Positions 47,295 to 53,696 of a DNA stretch of 53,696 bases are shown here, one piece after another. The stretch is from contig JABIHA010000149.1 of NCBI GenBank assembly GCA_018649885.1, forward strand, positions 1 through 53,696, read 5' to 3'. The first letter of the stretch is position 1. Each line of letters opens with the position of its first letter. Source of the stretch: Bacteriovoracaceae bacterium. GTDB taxonomy: Bacteria > Bdellovibrionota > Bacteriovoracia > Bacteriovoracales > Bacteriovoracaceae. The notes under the pieces were generated by a model. It was given only the letters and a program-made list of their open reading frames with translations. It was not told the DNA's origin and ran no database searches. The position numbers and the translations under genes are program-made.

Positions 47295-48212
47295 TTATTC
47301 CTGGATTCTATTAAAATTTTTCAAAACTCTTAACATTTTAAGGGTCAGAAAAGATGCCCACTCTATTTTTGCCTGATCCCAGTGGGGTGAAGGTTCTCCC
47401 CAACTCCAAAATGGATACCAGGCCCCCTCATTTGTTTGGGCATTAATTTCAAAATCAAGAGATCTCTCTATGGCATCTTCAAAATGTGAGTAGAGAAAAT
47501 GAGCTGGAGAGTCAATCACCCAGTGGGGTCTAAGGCCATAACCTTCCCAATCTTTTTCGGTGGTAGTAATGTTTTTTTGAGATTGATTAACGAGTTTATC
47601 CGTCCAATTTTTACTATTTTTAAAATCACTTAAATTGTAGAGCTTAAGAAAGCAAAGAAGAGAATGCATTTCTATGGGCTCACCGCAATTACCAAGCTCT
47701 TTTTCTGCTTTCGCGCAAAGTTTGGCCAAAGTGCTCGGATCAATTCCTTCAAAGTATATCATTTGGGCCAAAATTTCAGCACTTGGGTTGGCCCAAGCAT
47801 CCCCTCCCTCTTTACCACCATGAGAAGAATCAAAAGACCACCATGGGGCCCGAGGAACAAGATCAATTTCCTTGGGGGTTTGAAACCAATATAGGAATTC
47901 ACGATCAAGCGTATTTTGGTAGTAGGTCATGGCATTTTTTACTAATTGATGGTTTTTATCCAATCCTAAGTCTACGGCCAGGCCAAGGGCAACACTTGTG
48001 GCCATGGGAGAAGATTCAGCTAGCCTAAAGTCTGGCTCAAGGCATTTCCCAAAGCCTCCGTCACTATTTTGATAGCTTTCAAGCTCTAGTATGGCCTGAT
48101 CACTGGGTCTTCCCTCAAAAAAATATTGGTACATTGCGTAGTCTAGTTTACGTCCATGGGTTTTAAGGAAATCTGAAGCTAGCTTGAAGTTGTTATTTGA
48201 TAGTGTTTTCAT
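47295..48212 (-). CDS. Alpha/alpha-barrel protein with prenyltransferase/squalene-cyclase-like repeats
   Basis: YQNSDGGFG..LEPD, APWW, Q..EG.W. Confidence 0.6.
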   Translation of the reverse strand: MKTLSNNNFKLASDFLKTHGRKLDYAMYQYFFEGRPSDQAILELESYQNSDGGFGKCLEPDFRLAESSPMATSVALGLAVDLGLDKNHQLVKNAMTYYQNTLDREFLYWFQTPKEIDLVPRAPWWSFDSSHGGKEGGDAWANPSAEILAQMIYFEGIDPSTLAKLCAKAEKELGNCGEPIEMHSLLCFLKLYNLSDFKNSKNWTDKLVNQSQKNITTTEKDWEGYGLRPHWVIDSPAHFLYSHFEDAIERSLDFEINAQTNEGAWYPFWSWGEPSPHWDQAKIEWASFLTLKMLRVLKNFNRIQE

Positions 48213-48407
48213 GTCTCACCCCTTTTCTGGCCACATCATCCAATGTCAGACAGGCAGTGTATAGGAAAAATGGAACATCGCCTGTGCCTTTGATTTTCTA
48301 AGTGTCGGTGCGTTGAATTGCTAGAAAGCTGTGAATTTTTCTTCAATACTTGTAAGAAGACCAAAACTTCTCAATAATTGTTCTATTCCTAACAGCGAGA
48401 TTTTACC

Positions 48408-50294
48408 ATGTCCTCAAATAAATCATTAATTAGAGATAGAAGGTTTTGGCCCACATTTTGGACCCAATTTTGGGGGGCCTTTAATGACAATGTGTTTAAG
48501 AACGCAATGGTTGTTTTAATAACCTACAAATCATACTCCATTGCAGGGATAGATCCCAAGCAGATGGTGGCCCTTTGTGGTGGCATCTTTATATTTCCAT
48601 TTTTCTTATTTTCGGCAATGGCTGGTCAAGTTTGCGACAAATACCCCAAAGATAAGTTGATGGTATTGATCAAAATTTGGGAAATACTGGTGATGGTTTT
48701 AGGGAGTGTTGGGTTTATAACAGAAAATCTGACCCTTTTATTAGTCTCGCTATTTTTAATGGGACTCCAGTCGGCATTTTTTGGTCCAGTTAAATACAGT
48801 ATTTTGCCAGATTTGATTGATGAAGATGAGCTTGTTGAAGGAAATGCACTGGTAGGAATGGGAACATTTGTATCTATTCTCCTCGGTACAATCCTGGGAG
48901 TATCCTTAATAAGCATGGGAGACTTAGGGCGGACACTTGTCAGTATTGCAGTTCTCACCATTGCGGCCCTTGGGTGCTTTTTTAGTACTAAAATTCAGAA
49001 ATTAAAGTCTTGTGATCCCTCTCTTAAGATAAGCTTTGGTCTTATCAAACCAACATACCAGATCTTAAAGCTTGCAACAGAAGTAAAAAGTGTTTTCCAC
49101 TCAGTGGTGGGGATTTCATGGTTTTGGTTCTTAGGGGCAGGTCTTCTGTCTATTTTTCCTATATATGTGAAAGATGTAATCGGGGCTGATGAGCATGTAG
49201 TGACATTATTTTTAGGTCTATTTAGTATTGGAGTGGCTGTTGGATCAATGATTTGTGAAAAGCTTAGTCATGAAAGGCTAGAGCTTGGATTGGTTCCCTT
49301 TGGATCTATTGGTTTAACAGTATTTATTATAGATCTCTTCTTCGTTGGAAAACCAACTCTTGCTGGTGAAGCAGAGATACTTTCAATTGTAGATTTTCTT
49401 AAAAATCCTATATCCTATAGAATTTTATTTGATTTATTCATGTTATCAGTAATGAGTGGTTTATATATTGTGCCCCTATACACCTTTGTTCAGCAAAGAT
49501 CGAGATCAGAGATTAGGTCTCGGATTATTGCGGCTAACAATATTCTCAATGCACTTTTCATGGTGGTTGCTTCTCTTATGTTGGTATGGTTTTATTCCAT
49601 TGGATTAGAAGTTCACCAAATATTTCTAGTTTTTGCGATTTTAAACGCGATTGCCGCTATTTATATTTACAGCATAGTGCCTGAGTTTTTACTTCGTTTT
49701 CTCTGTGTTCTTTTAACAAGAGTCATCTACCGGTTGAGGCCCGCTGGGTTATCAAATATTCCAGCTGAAGGGCCGGCACTTCTTGTTTGTAACCACGTAA
49801 CGTATATTGATTGGTTGATTATTGCAGCCGCTGTCAAAAGACCCATAAGATTTGTCATGCACCACAGTTTTATGAAAATTCCCGTTGCTAGTATTTTTTT
49901 CAGAGGGGCCAAGGTTATTCCCATTGCTGGAAAAAGTGAGGATGAGGCAGTACTAGATGAGGCTTTTGACAAAATTTCTAGTGAACTTAAAGAGGGGGAA
50001 TTGGTTTGTATTTTTCCCGAGGGCATGGTCACTCTTGATGGAAAATTAAATCAATACAAGTCTGGGGTGGAAAAAATCCTTGAAAGAAATCCTGTACCTG
50101 TCGTTCCAATGGTACTTAAAGGTTTATGGGGGAGCTTTTTTAGTAGAAAATACGGGAAGGTGGCCTCAAAACCATTGGTGATCTTTCAGACTTTTATGTC
50201 TAAAATTTCTCTCACAGCAACTAGTCCCATTAACCCTCAAGATGTGAGCGCTGAAAAACTTCATCAACTAACTCAGGAAATGTTGGATAGTTAA
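48408..50294 (+). CDS. MFS lysophospholipid transporter fused to acyltransferase (LplT/Aas-like)
   Basis: TQFWGAFNDN.FKN, FFGPVKYSILP; C-terminal NHVTYID and FPEG. Confidence 0.9.
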   Translation: MSSNKSLIRDRRFWPTFWTQFWGAFNDNVFKNAMVVLITYKSYSIAGIDPKQMVALCGGIFIFPFFLFSAMAGQVCDKYPKDKLMVLIKIWEILVMVLGSVGFITENLTLLLVSLFLMGLQSAFFGPVKYSILPDLIDEDELVEGNALVGMGTFVSILLGTILGVSLISMGDLGRTLVSIAVLTIAALGCFFSTKIQKLKSCDPSLKISFGLIKPTYQILKLATEVKSVFHSVVGISWFWFLGAGLLSIFPIYVKDVIGADEHVVTLFLGLFSIGVAVGSMICEKLSHERLELGLVPFGSIGLTVFIIDLFFVGKPTLAGEAEILSIVDFLKNPISYRILFDLFMLSVMSGLYIVPLYTFVQQRSRSEIRSRIIAANNILNALFMVVASLMLVWFYSIGLEVHQIFLVFAILNAIAAIYIYSIVPEFLLRFLCVLLTRVIYRLRPAGLSNIPAEGPALLVCNHVTYIDWLIIAAAVKRPIRFVMHHSFMKIPVASIFFRGAKVIPIAGKSEDEAVLDEAFDKISSELKEGELVCIFPEGMVTLDGKLNQYKSGVEKILERNPVPVVPMVLKGLWGSFFSRKYGKVASKPLVIFQTFMSKISLTATSPINPQDVSAEKLHQLTQEMLDS

Positions 50295-50309
50295 AAAAGA
50301 GAAGGTGTT

Positions 50310-50696
50310 TTAGGCTTTAGCTGATTTTGTTTTTTTATCTGTGACAATATGAATGGCCTCGATCAACACTTCTCTGGCAGGTTGTGATTTTGAAATAAAT
50401 TTATCAGCTCCCGACTGCATGGCCTTGGCCACTGACTGATCATCATCTTTTATTGAGGCCACGATAATGGGAATATCACTAAAGTGAGCCGATTCTTTGA
50501 CGAGTTCAATAAAGTGCCAACCGTCCATCACAGGCATTACCAAGTCGGTAATAATAACGTCAGGCTTAGATTCATTGATTGCATCCATACCCTCTGCACC
50601 ATTTGCGGCTGATCTAAACTCATAACCGTATGTACTAATAATATTAGAGTAAAGTGCAACTACATGAGGGTTATCTTCTACTAATAGTATTTTCAC
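50310..50696 (-). CDS. Single-domain response regulator
   Basis: ILLVED, TDLVMPVMDG, GADKFISK. Confidence 0.9.
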   Translation of the reverse strand: MKILLVEDNPHVVALYSNIISTYGYEFRSAANGAEGMDAINESKPDVIITDLVMPVMDGWHFIELVKESAHFSDIPIIVASIKDDDQSVAKAMQSGADKFISKSQPAREVLIEAIHIVTDKKTKSAKA

Positions 50697-50878
50697 AGCA
50701 AACCTTTTAAAGACCGTAGCTTATATCAACACAAGTATTATAAGTGTTCCAAATTGAATAATCAGTTAATTTTACTTAATATACGTTTCTTTCCTCTTTC
50801 TACCTGATTATTTCTCTCAGATAAAAGCAAGTTGATGATAGCTTTACAAAGTTTTTTTCTATGAGCTAGCATCATGTC

Positions 50879-51667
50879 ATGCTTTCCATTTATCTAGCGT
50901 TTTTAGAGGTCTCTTTTAAAAGACAAATTACCTATCGAATTGCCAATTGGGCAGGTCTTTTCACCAATGCGTTTTTCCTATTCTTTAAAGTGGCACTATT
51001 TGAGGCCATTTATGTAGGTAATGAAGTAGTAGGAGGATTAAACTCAACAAGCGCTATGGCCTATGCGGGTCTTGCCCAAGTCTTAGTGATGGTTATTCCT
51101 CAGTGGGGAAATATTGGAGTTGGAGAGGAGATTCGTTCTGGTCAGGTGGCCATTGATATGTGCAGACCCGTAAATTACTACTTTCTAACGATGTCCAAAA
51201 GACTGGGAATTTCACTGTATTATGTATTAATGAGGGCCATGCCTCTCGCAGCGCTCGGCATATTTGTAGGGATACTAATTCCTTTTAAGAACTTAGCTCA
51301 TATACCCCTTTTTATCATCAGTGTTGTAATGGGAAGCTGGATCGCAAATAGCTATCATTTTTTAGTGGAGACGAGTGCCTTTTGGATCGAAAATGCCAGA
51401 GGCTTAAAGACATTGTCCACAGGGATTATCTATTTTTTATCGGGGATTATCCTTCCAATAAATTTCTTTCCAGTTTGGGCCCAAAATATCTCAAGGTTTT
51501 TACCTTTTGAGTATACGATCAATGTCCCTATACAAATATATTTAGGTACAGGGTCTAATATTTTTGAATTGATGTTTTTTCAATTAATTTGGTGTTTGGT
51601 CATGTCTGCACAATGCATCTGGGTTTTATCGAAAGGTGAAAACCAGTTGACGGTTCACGGAGGCTAG
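50879..51667 (+). CDS. ABC-2 family permease (DUF990-type)
   Basis: Multiple TM segments; IRSG.VA….RP, LSG…P..FFP, terminal HGG. Confidence 0.85.
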   Translation: MLSIYLAFLEVSFKRQITYRIANWAGLFTNAFFLFFKVALFEAIYVGNEVVGGLNSTSAMAYAGLAQVLVMVIPQWGNIGVGEEIRSGQVAIDMCRPVNYYFLTMSKRLGISLYYVLMRAMPLAALGIFVGILIPFKNLAHIPLFIISVVMGSWIANSYHFLVETSAFWIENARGLKTLSTGIIYFLSGIILPINFFPVWAQNISRFLPFEYTINVPIQIYLGTGSNIFELMFFQLIWCLVMSAQCIWVLSKGENQLTVHGG

Positions 51668-51668
51668 C

Positions 51669-52469
51669 CTGGAAAAACTTGAGATTTATCTTCTATTGAT
51701 TGAAGCAAAAATTAAAGGGAAAATGTCTTATCAAAAATCATATATTCTAGAATTGCTGGGATACTTCGTAGTTACTGGGATCGATTTTGCTGCTATTTAT
51801 TTTTTGTTTGAGAGTTTTCCAGCGGTCAAAGGATGGAGCTTATGGGAGATCGTATACCTTTATGGGCTTGGCAGTAGTGCTCTCGCTATTGCTCAATTGT
51901 CGGGAGAAGTACTCGAGGATATGTCACTTATAATCAGAAATGGGGAGTTTGATCAAGTTCTTATTAAACCCATTTCTCCTCTTCTTTTTCTGATGCCACA
52001 GTCTTTTCGTCTTGACCGATTTGCAAGGCTTGCTCAAGGTGTCTTGGCCTCAGGTTTTTCGTTTTACTATTTAAATATCATTTTTTCGTGGACCAATGTG
52101 GCACTTTTTCTATGTTCATTTTTTAGTCTGATAATTATTTTTATCTCGCTTTTTCTCGCTAATGCAGCTACAAGCTTTTGGACCATACAAAGCTCCGAAG
52201 TTTTTAATGCTTTTACTTATGGTGGCGTTGAAATGAGTAAATTTCCACTTACAATTTATAAAAGATGGATGCAGGTATTATTCTTATTTTTTATACCTAT
52301 TGGATTTGTAATATTTTTCCCAACATCTATTTTATTTGAAAAAGAAAACCTATTAAATTTTCCAAAATTTTCAGCATTTCTCTCACCCTTTATTGCGATT
52401 GCATTTTTTGGAGTAATTTGGGTTTATTGGAGAGTTGGAATTAGACATTATCAAAGTACTGGAAGTTAA
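51669..52469 (+). CDS. ABC-2 family permease; probable CTG start at 51669 (track start 51696)
   Basis: GWS..E, G.FDQ.L.KP, FP..IY, terminal YQSTGS. Confidence 0.85.
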   Translation: MEKLEIYLLLIEAKIKGKMSYQKSYILELLGYFVVTGIDFAAIYFLFESFPAVKGWSLWEIVYLYGLGSSALAIAQLSGEVLEDMSLIIRNGEFDQVLIKPISPLLFLMPQSFRLDRFARLAQGVLASGFSFYYLNIIFSWTNVALFLCSFFSLIIIFISLFLANAATSFWTIQSSEVFNAFTYGGVEMSKFPLTIYKRWMQVLFLFFIPIGFVIFFPTSILFEKENLLNFPKFSAFLSPFIAIAFFGVIWVYWRVGIRHYQSTGS

Positions 52470-52470
52470 T

Positions 52471-53457
52471 ATGCCTTTAATACGTGTTGAAAATTTGAAA
52501 AAAGAATTTAGAGTCCACAAAACGAGTGGTGGCATGATGAATTCTGTGAAGGGTCTATTTTTTAGCAGAGGCGAAGTTGTAAATGCTGTAGATGATATCT
52601 CCTTTGGAATAGAAAAAGGTGAGTTCGTTGGATACCTTGGCCCAAATGGAGCAGGAAAATCAACTTCAATCAAAATGTTAACAGGAATTTTAGTTCCCAC
52701 AAGTGGTGATATTGTAGTGGGAGGGATTACGCCGTATCGTGATAGGAAGCTCAATTCAAAAAATATTGGGGTTGTGTTTGGACAAAGGACCCAGTTATGG
52801 TGGGATTTGCCACCCATTGATTCATATAAGCTCTTAGGAAAAATTTATAGAAGGCCAAGTAAGGAGATCCAGTTAAAAATTGAATTTCTCACTGAATTAT
52901 TAGAACTTCAGGAATTTATAAAGTCTCCAGTTAGAAAGCTAAGCTTAGGACAAAAGATGAGATGCGAGCTAGCTGCAGCACTTCTGCACAGCCCAGAGAT
53001 TTTATATCTTGATGAACCTACAATAGGTCTCGATGTGGTAGCAAAAGATTCTATTCGAGCATTTCTAACAAGACTCAATGAAACTGAGAAAACAACTATC
53101 ATTTTAACAACACATGATATGGGTGATGTGGAAAAATTGTGTAAAAGAGTGATTGTAATTGATAGTGGAAAGATTATTCATGATAGCAGTATCGAGCGTC
53201 TTAGAAATCGCTTTGGTAACCACAGGGTACTAGAAGTTGAGTATGACGAATTTAGTGAATTTTCCCTTCCTGAAAATGTGACCACAGTAAAAAATATTGG
53301 CAATAGATTTTTTTATCAATTTGATTCAGACAAAATTAAAGCACCTGAGCTAATAAAAAGAATTTTAGAACATAATTCGATTAGTGATCTTTCTTTGGTT
53401 GATGTGGATATTGAAGAGGTGATCAGAAAAATTTACCACGAAAAAAGAACTGTTTGA
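52471..53457 (+). CDS. ABC transporter ATP-binding subunit
   Basis: GPNGAGKST, LSLGQ, LDEPT, TTH. Confidence 0.93.
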   Translation: MPLIRVENLKKEFRVHKTSGGMMNSVKGLFFSRGEVVNAVDDISFGIEKGEFVGYLGPNGAGKSTSIKMLTGILVPTSGDIVVGGITPYRDRKLNSKNIGVVFGQRTQLWWDLPPIDSYKLLGKIYRRPSKEIQLKIEFLTELLELQEFIKSPVRKLSLGQKMRCELAAALLHSPEILYLDEPTIGLDVVAKDSIRAFLTRLNETEKTTIILTTHDMGDVEKLCKRVIVIDSGKIIHDSSIERLRNRFGNHRVLEVEYDEFSEFSLPENVTTVKNIGNRFFYQFDSDKIKAPELIKRILEHNSISDLSLVDVDIEEVIRKIYHEKRTV

Positions 53458-53539
53458 TTAAATTTTAATCATTACCGTTTTCCTTGCCTTTATACCTCGC
53501 TGTCGCCTTCGCCGACCGAGGCGGGTTTTGAATTAAAGA

Positions 53540-53696
53540 GGTCCATTCTCGACACATACTTTACATTTTATTCTCGATACATGGTTTACACTTTTTAAGG
53601 TACTGCAAACAAAGGGGGTTGCATGCCTTGGAAGGAATCTTCGGAAATGGCCTATCGAGCACAATCGTTAAGAGAATTGAAGAGCTTGCTGAAAAA
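53540..53696 (+). mobile_element. Probable IS481-family left end and partial transposase start (ATG 53623)
   Basis: 21-bp tandem repeats 53545-53565 and 53570-53590 (18/21 identical); SD AAGGGGG; ORF begins MPWKESSEMAYR. Confidence 0.5.

Overview
AT-rich bacterial chromosomal segment. Gene content and style suggest a predatory Bdellovibrionota (Bacteriovoracia/Halobacteriovorax-like) genome; this is inference. Housekeeping genes include engB, lipB-lipA, accA-yicC-gmk-rel/spoT, ridA, maeB, dinB, asnC, an archaeal-type aspS, an ABC-2 operon and tRNA-Leu(CAA). They are interleaved with many secreted or lipoprotein hydrolases and hypothetical proteins. Non-coding signals read directly from the sequence: (1) an apparent ribosome-dependent attenuator with an Asp-rich leader peptide (…DDDSWD…) upstream of aspS, the strongest novel candidate; (2) a compact TPP riboswitch overlapping the SD of a Na+/solute symporter; (3) a promoter, 22-codon hydrophobic ORF and terminator unit divergent from asnC; (4) a MITE-like element with perfect 25-bp inverted repeats; (5) a repeat mosaic at the tRNA-Leu 3' end; (6) probable IS ends at both window edges. 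Two paralogous secreted proteins carry an atypical protein-kinase-like fold. All family calls come from recognising motifs by eye; no searches were run.
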